Positions 17,270 to 30,528 of a stretch of 64,000 nucleotides of DNA are shown here, in pieces; positions within the stretch are counted from its first letter, which is position 1, and every line of letters starts with the position of its first letter. The notes beneath the pieces were generated by a model. That model made no database searches, had not been told where the DNA came from, and worked only from the letters and a program-made list of their open reading frames with translations. Source of the DNA: Eledone cirrhosa (Eukaryota); the NCBI GenBank assembly GCA_964016885.1, contig OZ024762.1, positions 10,726,001-10,790,000 on the forward strand, in the 5' to 3' direction. A program made the translations under genes and the position numbers.

Positions 17270-17468
17270 TCTATGTATCTATCTAAAAAGAAAGACTAAG
17301 AATTATATAGAGAGAACGCTAAATCGCCTAATGCGGTCCCTAGAGCATTGAAAAACACTCACAGGACCATAAGTATTACATGTGTAAAGTTTGAAAACAA
17401 TCAGTTGGGTGGTTCTCGAGTTTTAGTGATTGGACAGACAGACAGACATTCTCTGTTTTAAATATATA
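17270..17468 (+). mobile_element. Possible non-autonomous Helitron/Helentron-type remnant
   Basis: AAAGTTTGAAAACAATCAGTTG..GGTTCTCGAG followed by (GACA)n and TTTTA(AT)n; resembles DINE-1/Lep1-like ends. Confidence 0.4.
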
Positions 17469-18162
17469 CATAACAATACTGACCTAAGACACATATAAAT
17501 AAATAAATAAATATATATACACACAAGTACAATAACAACAAACACATATAAACACACACTAATAAACAAAGATAGAATACAAAAACCAAAACGCATACAC
17601 CCAAAGGCGAACACACACACACCAAACATTATACACACACGCAAACGCATGCGCAGAGACGGAGACAAAAATAAATAAATAAATAGATAAAATAAAAATG
17701 GCGTAGACATTACAATATATTGCAATACAATAGGAAGGAACATGATAATAGTACCACTGATGATGTTGCAGATGTGCAACGAAAGAACTTTGATATAATT
17801 ATATATATATATATATATATAGTCTATCTGTATTTTTAATCGCTGGTCAATCAATGATAAACATTGATTGCCAAATAAATTAACTCTGGAGATATTAAAG
17901 ATACAGAAGCGAAAACCAACCAAACAGTGAGTGTGTTCTGTTATTATTTCTGGCAATATTATTACAACAACTTGACGCATAGAGTTACGGCCCTTGCCAT
18001 TCTGAGTTCAAATCCCGCCGAGGTTAACTTTGCCTTTCATCCTTACGGGGTCGATAAAATAAAGAACCAGTAATGTACTGGGTAATTGCTGGCCTTGTGC
18101 CTAAAAATAGTAACAATAATTACAACAACATCACTCTCCCCAAGTCTAACAATATACATATA

Positions 18163-18420
18163 TGAGGGCAATCCCAAAAGTAAGGTCTCCTTCCGATATT
18201 GCAACTTTTCCGTTAAAATCCTGTGGATGGTGCTTCGGGAAACCTCAAGAACCAAAATGCAGAGAACATCCAGAATGATCCGCCGATCTTTACGCATGTT
18301 TTCCTCGGAAGGAGACCTTACTTTTGGGATTGCCTTCCATATAATAACTGCGCGAAATTCGCACTTGGCGGTAGCGTTCAACGGGAGCTTTATTCTCAAT
18401 GGCTGCCAAGCCAAAATTGA
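18163..18420 (-). mobile_element. Mariner remnant: TIR-bounded piece (18163-18339) plus adjacent transposase N-terminus
   Basis: About 28-bp TIRs GGCAATCCCAAAAGTAAGGTCTCC / GGAGACCTTACTTTTGGGATTGCC with TA flanks; peptides AKCEFRAVI and DRRI.LD.LC....VSRSTIHRILTEKLQYRK. Confidence 0.8.
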
Positions 18421-18451
18421 GCATCCCAGCGAAGCGCGCGCATGCTTGTTT

Positions 18452-18510
18452 ATTCTATTATATATATTTCAAGGGTACCAAAACTTTGGTACGCTATCAT
18501 CAGATAAAAT
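18452..18510 (-). ncRNA. Minimal hammerhead motif (second sequence subfamily)
   Basis: Reverse complement: ATTTTAT-CTGATGA-TAGCGTACCAA/TTGGTACCCTT-GAAA-TATATA-TA-ATAGAAT. Confidence 0.72.
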
Positions 18511-18997
18511 ACGAAGTGTGTTTTATAAATTTTGACATGACTAAGGATAATATACCTTAACGGTTCAAGTTATCCCTGGATGACTGATGCATCACTGATT
18601 TTTCGTTTTTTTATACTATATGTAAATTTATATATTTACACATATATATCATCATCATCATCATCATTTCATTTCACGTCCGCTTTTTCCCTGCTTGCAA
18701 GGGTGGGACGGGAACTGAATCTGGCTTGATTTCTACAGCTGGATGCCCTTCCTAACACCAACCTCATCTACAGTTTGGGCTGGGTGCTTTTTTTTGCCGT
18801 GGCACCTACACGACCACTTTGCAGTGGAATGATATGGACCCCAGTCTCTATCATCTCATTTCTACAGCTGAGTAAACTGTAGCAATGTGAAATAAAGTGT
18901 CTTGCTCAAGGAAACAACACATCACCCGGTCTGAGAATTGAACTCACAACCTTTTGATTGCAAGGCCAATGCTCTAACCACTAAGCCATGTGCCTCC

Positions 18998-20727
18998 ATA
19001 TATATATATATATATACATATATATACATATATATACATATATATACATATATATACATATATATACATATATATACATATATATACATATATATATTTA
19101 CATATATTTACATATATCTATATATTTACATATATCTATATATATATACATATATCTATATATATTTACATATATCTATATATACATATATTTACATATA
19201 TCTATATATACATATATTTACATATATCTATATATACATATATTTACATATATCTATATATACATATATTTACATATATCTATATATACATATATTTACA
19301 TATATCTATATATATATATATTTACATATATCTATATATATATTTACATATATCTATATATATTTACATATATCTATATATATTTACATATATCTATATA
19401 TATATATATTTACATATATATATATATTTACATATATATCTATATATATATATTTACATATATCTATATATATATATTTACATATATCTATATATATATA
19501 TTTACATATATATATATATTTACATATATATATATATATATATATTTACATATATATATATATATTTACATATATATATATATATTTACATATATATATA
19601 TATATTTACATATATATATATATTTACATATATATATATATATTTACATATATATATATATATTTACATATATATATATATATATTTACATATATATATA
19701 TATATATTTACATATATATATATATATTTACATATATATATATATATATTTACATATATATATATATATATTTACATATATATATATATATATTTACATA
19801 TATATATATATATATATTTACATATATATATTTACATATATATATTTACATATATATATATATATATATTTACATATATATATATTTACATATATATATA
19901 TATATATATTTACATATATATATATATATTTATTTACATATATATATTTACATATATATATATATATATTTACATATATATATATATATATTTACATATA
20001 TATATATATATATTTACATATATATATATATATTTACATATATATATATATATATATTTACATATATATATATATATATATATTTACATATATATATATA
20101 TATATATTTACATATATATATATATATATTTACATATATATATATATATATTTACATATATATATATATATATTTACATATATATATATATATATATTTA
20201 CATATATATATTATATATATATTTACATATNNNNNNNNNNNNNNNNNNNNNNNNNNNNNNNNNNNNNNNNNNNNNNNNNNNNNNNNNNNNNNNNNNNNNN
20301 NNNNNNNNNNNNNNNNNNNNNNNNNNNNNNNNNNNNNNNNNNNNNNNNNNNNNNNNNNNNNNNNNNNNNNNNNNNNNNNNNNNNNNNNNNNNNNNNNNNN
20401 NNNNNNNNNNNNNNNNNNNNNNNNNNNNNNATATATATGTATGTATATATATATATGTATTATTATCTATAGTGTATATATAATAATGTTTATATATATA
20501 TGTATGTATATATATATTATGTATGTATATATATATTTAAATGTTATATATATATAGTGATATATACATATATATTATATTATATAATATATATATGTAT
20601 ATATATTGTATATATATATATGTATATATATGTATATATATTGTATATATATGTATATATATGTATATATATATATGTATATATATATATTTATGTATAT
20701 ATATAATTATGTATATATATATATATG

Positions 20728-20759
<32 letters not shown>

Positions 20760-20760
20760 A
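18998..20760. repeat. (TA)n-TTTACA microsatellite spanning a 200-N assembly gap (20231-20430)
   Basis: Seen directly. Confidence 0.95.
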
Positions 20761-20916
20761 TTTTCTGTAATATACCACCACCACCACCATATATCCACTG
20801 CCGTTAGCAATTATTCCGCTGTTGAAATTAATTATTGAAATTAATTGACTGAGATGAAAAGAAAAATGAAAAATTATTGTTTCAGTTTATTGAACATGAG
20901 TTGGCAACAGAAATCT

Positions 20917-20987
<71 letters not shown>

Positions 20988-21240
20988 TCTCTCTCACTAT
21001 ATATATATATTGTTTGTGTGTGGGGGGGGGGGGTATATATCCATATTAAATTATATATATATAGGGAAAAGTGTCAGGACACTTTTCCTTTATATATATA
21101 ATTAATATGGATATGTACCCCCCCCCCCCCCCCCGACAGCCTTATATAATATATAATATATATATATATATACTTCGTATTTTAATTTGTTTTGCAAGAT
21201 TTCTTATTTGAAAGCGTGGTGCTGAAACATATTGTTATAC

Positions 21241-21288
<48 letters not shown>

Positions 21289-21518
21289 AAAATAACATGA
21301 AAAACAAATGTGGAAGAGCCGGTCAACGCGCCTAATATAGCTTTGAAGTTTCGGGTGTTAGTCCTTCATCGGAAACTATGATGGAGAGAAAAAGAAATTG
21401 GAAAAGAGACGAGAGTAAGTAAAGATCGAACTCAGGAAAGAGATTTTTAAAACTAGGAAATAAAAAGTGAAGGAGTGCGGAGCGAAAGGTGTAGTGTGAG
21501 GTAAATAGAGTTGTATGA

Positions 21519-21551
<33 letters not shown>

Positions 21552-22439
21552 TAAATCTACCAATCAATGGTAGGGTCTAAACCGTATGAAGAACTTAATG
21601 TAATCCGTATGTAGTAGATGTCGTGAAGCAAAGTTTAAAATACAAAATTTTCAACGACATAATTCATTGGATACAGAGTCAAAAATAGAAATATTAAACA
21701 TGAAATTAAACAAAAAACGGTTAATTCATAGTAAAACTCATTATTTTACGATCGTTTCTGGGAGGTAGCAACCCGTATGTCCATTCAATTATTGATCTAT
21801 GTAAAATATATTACAAAATATCATGGTAAGAAAATATACATACGTCTTCACTACAGCCATCTTCAGAAAAAATGATTATTTCTGAAGACGCCGAGGTTAA
21901 CTTTGCCTTTCATCTTAAGGGGTCGATAAAATAAAGTACCAGTAATGCACTGGGGTAATTGCTGGCCTTGTGCCAAACGTAGAAACAATTATGGTATATA
22001 TATTATATTATATTATCCGTGGCAACTATTTTCAGCCGACGATGTCATCTAAAACGATGCTTAGATGGCTATTTCTGATCTTCATCTGTTGAGCCGAGAA
22101 TAGTCAACATAGATGCTTTCCTACAACTTCGTATCTAAATAAAAACATTTGTCAAAATAAATGAGATTTTTCGCTATATATCACAGCTATATTAAATTAT
22201 GAAGGAAAGTCTATTCTATGCACTGTTTAGAAATTGCATTTATAATTTATAGTTGTATAATATGTATATATGTATGTATGTATGTTCTTCTGGTTTTATA
22301 ATTTCACAAATGTATGTGTGTGTGTGTGTATATATATATATGATTTTATACATCCAGCAAATTTGCTGTTTTCTAAATATTTGATTTGTACGAACAAATA
22401 TGAACAGAGGAAGTTTGTATATGCATGTATGTGTGTGTT

Positions 22440-22475
<36 letters not shown>

Positions 22476-22631
22476 TATGTATATGTATATAAATGTATTA
22501 TATATACATATACACACACACACACACACATATATATATACACATATTTATATACATATTTAGATTGTATATATACGAGTATACGTAGATATGTATATAA
22601 ATATATATATATGTATGTGTGCGTGTGTGAG

Positions 22632-22664
<33 letters not shown>

Positions 22665-22918
22665 GTGTGCGTGAGTGTGTGTGTGTGTGAGAGTATATAT
22701 ATATATATATTTATTAACATATATATAAACATACATACATGCATGCATATAATATATATATATAACATATAAGATGGGTAAAAGAGTTCCATGTATTTTA
22801 TTATGCACATTTCAAAAACAAATATCATCATGAAATGACATTTGCGTTTTGGTCATATATAAATAGGGATACATGATATGAAGGTTAAAAAATACTTGTG
22901 AATAGTGAAGTTTTAAAT

Positions 22919-22981
<63 letters not shown>

Positions 22982-24299
22982 CATATATATATAAATTATG
23001 CATAGAAACTAATCGGAGAGATAAGAGATTAGTTATGAGAATTATATGCCAGTAGTGAACGGGACAGTGTGCTCAGTGTGTTTTAGATGACAGGCACGCA
23101 AAAAATTGTATAAGCAGAGCATTAAATACATAAATTAAATGTTAGAGATAACAATACCAAATTCTTGAACAAATATACTTCATGGCTGACAGTTGTTTCG
23201 AGAACCATATCAGTATTCTTCACATACAGATGATAATTATTGATTATAAAATCGACAAGAAAAGTTTCATATGGTCCCCTCACCAGAGCCGAAAATAAAA
23301 ATAAATAAATTAAAAATATCTTCACGCACAGGCATTGCACGATAGAATTAATTAATTATTATTAATAATGGTATATCGTGCAATGGCCATACTCGATAAC
23401 GAGAGGGCAGCCATCATGTATGTATGTATATATATACACCGTTTCTCATGGATGGTTTAACTAACAGGTAGATCCAGTTATTTCGATTAACCGACTTCGA
23501 TGCAATAAGGAAAAGCACTCGACGTTATGCGTATCATATGTACGGTATCTCGTAGTTGGTCCAGGAATGAAGTTAAATGCTTCAATGAAAATGCATGAAA
23601 ACCGGATTTAAATATTTTCATTTAATGGTCTCTATTACATAATACGTATTTTATGGTCAGCTTACGTCATCAGATAATGGCGTAAGACAATCGGTGAGAT
23701 CATTTAGATGCCATCACCACAACGGAGGTGGTGGTGATGGCATCACTAGCCGAGCTCTCTCCGTACCAAGTGTTTTTTTATATCTTGCTCATGCGTGCAC
23801 GCGTGCGCAGAAGGTACAGGGGGATAAAGTGGAAGAAAGAAAAGATGAAGACAGGAAGAAAGAAAGGAAGAAGAGAAAGAGAAAAATAGCAATGTTGGGT
23901 GGATGTGTAAAAAATGGGATAATAGAATTTGGTCTCGGGGCAAAAGGTAAGATAACATTACATTCAGGAAAGTAGGGCAGCATTAGTGTGTGACAGCTCA
24001 CACCTATGCAGGTTTAGCTGGCGTCCTCCAAGGTATATCTCGTTGGAGGTGTCTTGAGTGATTTAATGATAGGGACCCCAGTCCCTATCATCTCATTTCT
24101 ACAGCTCAGTAAACTGGAGCAACGTGAAATAAAGTGTCTTGCTCAAGGAAACAACACATCACCCGGTCTGAGAATTGAACTCACAATCTTTCGATTGCAA
24201 GCCCAGTGCCCTAACCACTAAGCCATGCACCCTTCACGTTAGTATTAGAAAAAACTATAAATGCTATAAATGAGAGGGAAAAGGTGTGGGGAGGAAGGA

Positions 24300-25800
24300 C
24301 TACTAGTCAAAGGAAGAAAGAAAGGTGGAAGAGGAGAAGATCAAAGACTCTACATCTAGATCAGAGTGGTGGGTCGGCTGCACCACAGAGATAAAATGGC
24401 AAAGACATTTCTGCGGAAGATGTCCAGTGACACACGCAGCAACACCCACGTCTACCTCGTGGGATTCCTTCCTCAGACGGGCTGCTATCGATCCGATTTT
24501 ACGGAGGAGGTCAGATGTCTGGGGAGGTCAGCTGCTCGGGGTCTGAGGACGGAAAGGGTCACATGTCCGGGGTCCGAGGACGGAAGAGGTCAGATGTCCG
24601 GAGTCCGAGGACAGAGCAGGTCAGCTGTCCGGGGTCCGAGGACGGAAGAGGTCAGATGTCCGGGGTCCGAGGACGTCTGAGGTCAGATGTCCGCGGTCCT
24701 AGGACGGAAGAGGTCAGATGTCCGCGGTCCTAGGACGGAAGAGGTCAGATGTCCGGGGTCCGAGGACGGAAGAGGTCAGATGTCCGGAGTCCGAGGACAG
24801 AGCAGGTCAGCTGTCCGGGGTCAGAGGACGAAAGAGGTCAGATGTCCGGGGTCCGAGGACGTCTGAGGTCAGATGTCCGCGGTCCTAGGACGGAAGAGGT
24901 CAGATGTCCGGGGTCCGAGGACGGAAGAGGTCAGATGTCCGGAGTCCGAGGACAGAGCAGGTCAGCTGTCCGGGGTCCGAGGACGGAAGAGGTCGGATGT
25001 CCGGGGTCCGAGGACGTCTGAGGTCAGATGTCCGCGGTCCTAGGACGGAAGAGGTCAGATGTCCGGGGTCCGAGGACGGAAGAGGTCAGATGTCCGGAGT
25101 CCGAGGACAGAGCAGGTCAGCTGTCCGGGGTCCGAGGACGGAAGAGGTCGGATGTCCGGGGTCCGAGGACGTCTGAGGTCAGATGTCCGCGGTCCTAGGA
25201 CGGAAGAGGTCAGATGTCCGGGGTCCGAGGACGGAAGAGGTCAGATGTCCGGAGTCCGAGGACAGAGCAGGTCAGCTGTCCGGGGTCCGAGGACGGAAGA
25301 GGTCGGATGTCCGGGGTCCGAGGACGTCTGAGGTCAGATGTCCGCGGTCCTAGGACGGAAGAGGTCAGATGTCCGGGGTCCGAGGACGGAAGAGGTCAGA
25401 TGTCCGGAGTCCGAGGACAGAGCAGGTCAGCTGTCCGGGGTCCGAGGACGGAAGAGGTCGGATGTCCGGGGTCCGAGGACGTCTGAGGTCAGATGTCTGC
25501 GGTCCTAGGATGGAAGAGGTCAGATGTCCGAGGTCCGAGGACGGAAGAGGTCAGATGTCCGGAGTCCGAGGACAGAGCAGGTCAGCTGTCCGGGGTCCGA
25601 GGACGCTTGAGGTCTCGACGGCGACCGGTGCAAAAAGGGAGCGACAGGACAAGTTTCGGTATTTGCTGTTCTCTGCACCGAGAACCACGGTACAGATGTT
25701 TGTGGCCGAGTCGACTAAGAGGCAGAGAAACGTGTCACAGAAATGTCATGTCACAGGTGAAGGACTTACCTCCTTCGAAAGATCAGATAGGGACTAAGAG
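24300..25800 (-). mobile_element. 3' remnant of a CRE-like non-LTR retrotransposon (restriction-like endonuclease domain) interrupted by a minisatellite
   Basis: Minus-strand translation with frameshifts: FEGGKSFTCDMT/CDTF..LVDSA...AENSKYRNLSCRSLFAPVAVETSSVLGPRTADLL[array]LLRKIGSIAAR.../WVLLRVSLDIFRRNVFAILS. Confidence 0.75.
24506..25612. repeat. GC-rich 31-bp minisatellite (GAGGTCAGATGTCCGGGGTCCGAGGACGGAA) with a 155-bp (5-mer) higher-order repeat
   Basis: Variant monomers recur every 155 bp; pseudo-ORF starts at 24749, 24904, 25059, 25214 and 25369. Confidence 0.96.
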
Positions 25801-26085
25801 TTAACGGCAAATGGGTGAAGGACGAAGGTGGAATAGTTGGAGGGGGATACTCGTTCCGACGTCAGACTCGTACAGACACAAACCGGTATTTAGAATTTTA
25901 AAATAAAAATTTAAATAATATAATTGTTTCTACTTTTGGTACAAGGCCAGCAATTATCCCAGTGCATTACTAGTACTTAATTGTATCGAACCCCGTAAGG
26001 ATGAAAGGCAAAGCTAACCTCGGCGGGATTTGAACTCAGATTTGAAACAATATAATATATGGGTCTATTAACTCCGGAGTAAATT

Positions 26086-26296
26086 TATAAACAAGAGGCA
26101 TAAATCTACATTTCATAGTTTACTTCTTTCGTTACCGTTATATATATTTCGGTGATAGCCACAATTCAACAGCTATGACCTCTTCAGACTTCTGCTGAAG
26201 AGGTCATAGCTGTTGAATTGTGGTAATCACCGAAATATATATAACCGTAATAAAATAAGTAAATTATAAAATGTAGACTTATACCCCTTGTTTATA
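26086..26296. repeat. Inverted repeat with about 100-bp arms and a 7-nt spacer; two head-to-head hammerhead cores
   Basis: ...TTTCGGTGATAGCC...GACCTCTTCAG acttctg CTGAAGAGGTC...TCACCGAAATATATATA... Confidence 0.9.
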
Positions 26297-26598
26297 TATA
26301 TATATATATTTATATATAAAAGATGAAGAACTCAGAGCTGTCCGGGAGCCTCCCAAAGATCAGCTCGAGGGTAGCACAGAGGAAACTGAGGTTAGCTGGA
26401 CATGCTCACCGACATCCAGAGTTGACACTGCACTCAGTGGTGTTGTGGGAGCCCCTGCATGGACACACTGGAAGAGGAAGACCGAGGTTGATATAACTTA
26501 ATGCCCTAAGGACAGACACTGGTCTCTTGGAGACGCAGGACATGGCCGCCATGATGAGGGACAGAGACCGCTAGAGAGAACTCGTCCATGGATCTCTG

Positions 26599-26646
<48 letters not shown>

Positions 26647-26650
<4 letters not shown>

Positions 26651-27003
26651 AAAGAGAGTGTGGTAAGATACCAGGTGGACCATAACGCACCAGAGTACTC
26701 AATACTTAGGGTAGCAGAGTGAGTAATAGGAAAAGAATCAGGACCCCGACGTCTGTGCTCCGGCCGTTTCGACAAGGTCCCAAACCTCATTCGCATGCCG
26801 AGTGTGGTGGACCTCGTCAAATCAGACGAAGGAAACCATGTTTCCATTGCTGATACTATCTACCGGTCGCAACCCCTGACAGAAAGAGCAACGTGAAATA
26901 AAGTGTCTTGCTCAAGGACACAACGTATCACCCGGTCCGAGAATTGAACTTGCAACCTCATGATTGCGAATGAAACTCTCTAACCAATAAGCCACGCGCC
27001 TTC
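26647..27003 (-). mobile_element. SINE with family-B tRNA head and core but a distinct pLTR-like tail
   Basis: Head and core as family B; linker shared with 60205-60350; tail shared with 33545-33620, 37850-37955 and 61055-61385. Confidence 0.7.
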
Positions 27004-28097
27004 ACACACACACATATATGCGTGAGGGACAGAAAGAGAGAGAAGACGCGTGGCTTAGTATATATATATATATATATAAATAATTGTTTCTACTATTAGC
27101 ACAAGGCCAGCAATTAGCCCAGTGCATTACTGGTACTTTATTTGATCGACCTCGTAAGGATGAAAGGCAAAGTTAACCTCAGCGGGATTTGAATAAAGGG
27201 GCGTAACTCTATGCTGGAAAGCCCGGCGTCCGACCCTCTAACGATACTGCCAATTTACTACTGGTTATGAATCGAAGATGTAGCCGCAATATAGCAGACA
27301 CTAATCGAATTGTTTGAGGCAGTTACAAAGCACTCAATGGAGTAAAAAGTTAATATATTATCGTCCAGAGTAAACAAAAAGTTAAGACAGTATGACACCA
27401 AGAATAAAACGACCAAAAGCAGTGGCCATACCACAAAAACGATAAATACAAATACGTTCCCTGAAAGCTTTGGTAATGGAATAATTATATTGTGTTGTTT
27501 ATTATGTAATTAAATAGCTCTGTACTATGCATAGAGCACTCTTCTTTCCTTTATCTTTTCTACGAAAACACTTAACAAACACACACACATATATATCCAG
27601 GGAGTGTAACTTGGAGTTACTGCAGGTTCACCCGGGTGACCGCTCGATGTTTAGGTTCACTTCTGTGTCGAGGTGTCGAGCTAGACAGAGTGTAGTATAG
27701 TTAAATAAAATAAAACAAGGACGATTGGTTACTTCCTTACGTAATTATCAATGGTTTTTAAGCCAAATTGTGAGTGAAACACATTAAGAATAAGCGACGA
27801 GTATAAATTTTATACCAGAAATTTTCAAGGGGAATAACCTATATTTTCCTATTCTTTTAGTAATGACTTTGTTATCTCCCTTGAAAGTTGTATTATTTTT
27901 TAATTATTATTATTTTTCTTTTTAACGGCGATGGATTGGCAGTATCGATAGAGGGTCGGACGCCATGCTTTGCAGCATAGAGTTACGGCCCTTTACCGTC
28001 TGAGTTCAAATCCCGTCGAGGTTAACTTTGCCTTTCATCCTTACGGGGTCGATAAAATAAAGTACCAGTCACGCGCTCGGTCGATTTAATCGACTTT

Positions 28098-28283
28098 CGC
28101 TGCGGTCATGCTGGGGCACTGCCTTTACTGGTTTCAATCATAAGACTGTGGTCATGCTGGGGCACTGCCTTTACTGGTTTCAATCATTAGACTGTGGTCA
28201 TGTTGGGGCACTGCAATTACTGCTTTCAATCATTAGACTGTGGTCATGCTGGGGCACTACTTTTAGTCATTCGACTGCGGTCA
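28098..28283. repeat. About 46-bp tandem repeat (4 copies) at a SINE tail
   Basis: GACTGTGGTCATGCTGGGGCACTGCCTTTACTGGTTTCAATCATTA repeated. Confidence 0.85.
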
Positions 28284-28575
28284 TATATATATTCTTTTCT
28301 CTGACATTCTAACCACGTTACTATAGTATCGGAGCTGTGATCTCTCAATTAGGAGAGCTAGTGACTCTATCTGGAGTGACTCTCTGATCTTCGAGCTACA
28401 AATCTGTCCAGAGATTCTTTCCTCAGACATTCTAACCACATGTCCATTGTATCGGAGCTGTGATCTCTCAATTCGGAGTAGTGGCTCTACCTGGAGTGAC
28501 TCTCTGATCTCTGAGCTACAAATCTCTTCAGAGATTCTTTCCTGAAACATTCTAACCACATGTCCATAGTATAGT
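28281..28575 (-). mobile_element. RTE RT C-terminal fragment, tandemly duplicated (about 120-bp unit)
   Basis: EIRESLQVEPLLRIERSQLRY.GHVVRMSEERI repeated. Confidence 0.75.
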
Positions 28576-29101
28576 TTTCCTAAATTTCTCTCTATGAACG
28601 TCTAGTAGTTATGAGAAAATAAATAAAGCAAATGATAAAGTGGTTAAAATCAGGTAAAGCTTAGGTTGCACTGTCAACTTTCCCCGTCCGATGGGGAGAT
28701 CTCCCCGTTTCGACATTTTTTTCCCCGTCTCCTTATTTTTGAGGAAATGGATATAGCTTTCATTCTATAAAATCTCCCCATTTTGTAGCAATTATTTTCA
28801 TGGTACTCCTCATTTCGGTTTTTAGAGGTTGGCAGGTCTTGCAAAGAGAAATAACTCTTGCAGGACAAAAGAAGTCGAAATAGTTTAAGTTTTTAAAAAT
28901 GTCACGTAATCTTTTAGATACAAAGAAAAACACATTATTTCCTGTTAAGAAACAGGATTGGAGAAAGAAAAAAACGTAGTAGTAAAAATAGAAAATTAAA
29001 AAAGAAATAAATCTCAGCAATTCCGATTTGAAATCTCGTTATATGTATACGACGTGTGTAGGTGTATGTCTGTGTATGTGTCAATATATTTTTTTCTGAA
29101 G

Positions 29102-29140
29102 TCTCGCGTGATTTCGAAGAGCGTGACCAAAGATGGCAGC
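29102..29140 (+). promoter_or_regulatory. FAM8A1 proximal promoter motifs
   Basis: TCTCGCGTGA (one mismatch to the housekeeping TCTCGCGAGA element) and YY1-like AAGATGGC overlapping the start codon. Confidence 0.35.
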
Positions 29141-29734
29141 CGACGATTGTCTTGGGTCCGCGGATAAACGTCAAAGACCTGAAAAGGTCGACTCGGAAGA
29201 GCAACCAACTCCCGTAACAACAACTCCTTCTTTATCAGCTTCACAATCGGATTATAATGGAAACACAAACGATGGCGGATCGGCCATAGAGACAGTAGGA
29301 GCGGCAGGGGTGAGCCATGACAGTGATACATATTTACAAAGCTCCGTGGAGGAGGATGTTACACAAAGTCCGGAAAATAAGACTATGATTACGAAAAACG
29401 ACGAATCGACAACAGTAACAGAGGCGGTGTCGGTGGTGGAAACTACTACAACAACAACATCAACCGCAGCAATACATACTTTGTCGTCTAACAATGATCT
29501 AGTTGGTAGTGGTGGCGGTGGTGATGGTCGTGATGGTAGCGTTGGCGGAATCGATAATACATTATTGAGGAAGCGAGCGGACGGCGGTGGCGGTCATGAT
29601 GATGATGATGATGATGATGATAATGGTGTTAACAATAATACCAACACTACTACTATTACTACTGGTACTAGTGATAGTAGTAGTAGTACAGTTGGTATAA
29701 ATATTCACAGCAGTAAATCTACGTCTGTTTCCGC

Positions 29735-29766
<32 letters not shown>

Positions 29767-30528
29767 ATAATAATAATAGCGATACGGGATCAGCAACAAC
29801 AACAGTACCACCATCATCGCCATCATTGTCACCAGCACCACCACCATCAACCTTCCCACATCTTAATACTACTATTACTACTACTAGTAGTAGTAGTAAT
29901 AGTAGTACCGCCGCCGCCGCCGCTAACACCAACAACACGACGACCACCACCACCACCACCACCACTACTACTACTACGAAGACTTCTAGTAGTAACAATA
30001 CCAACAACACTACTATGAAGGATAGTGGTAGCAACAACAACACTAGCACGGCTTCGGTGCCGACTACAATGAACGCACGCGAATACGCACAAGTGGTCCG
30101 CAACTGGTTATGGCAGTACCACCAATGGAACAATATGTGTGCTTTTAGTATGATGTTACCCTACTATGCTATGGCCACGTTACCTTACTATGCAGCTAAC
30201 AATTACCCTGGATATACTACAGCACAACAACAACCACCAACAGCACAACAACAACAACAACAAACCCGGACCAATTCCTCTTCTGTTCCGCTGGCCGCCG
30301 CCAACAACAACAACACTAACCCCGCTAACGCCGCCTCGCTCGGTAACAATGGTGGTGGCGGCGGTAACAATAATAACATGCAAGGACCCGCCCACGCCGC
30401 CGCTGGTGGTCTTGGTGGTGCCAGGGCAGGTGTACACGGGAGAAATGCTGCAGGAGGGGGTGCCCCACAACAAACACCACCCCACCAAGCGAGAGGAGCA
30501 GCTCGACCAGCCGATCAACCCTTAAGAG
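29133..30528 (+). CDS. FAM8A1: FAM8A1 exon 1 (long low-complexity N-terminus plus conserved AREY..WLWQ helix)
   Basis: ATG in context AAGATGGC; open frame for 465 codons; donor AG|GTAAGA at 30529 (phase 1). Confidence 0.9.

Noticed and set aside
24366-25804. Series of plus-strand 90-aa ORFs
   Set aside because: By-products of the 155-bp higher-order repeat; the real coding remnant is on the minus strand
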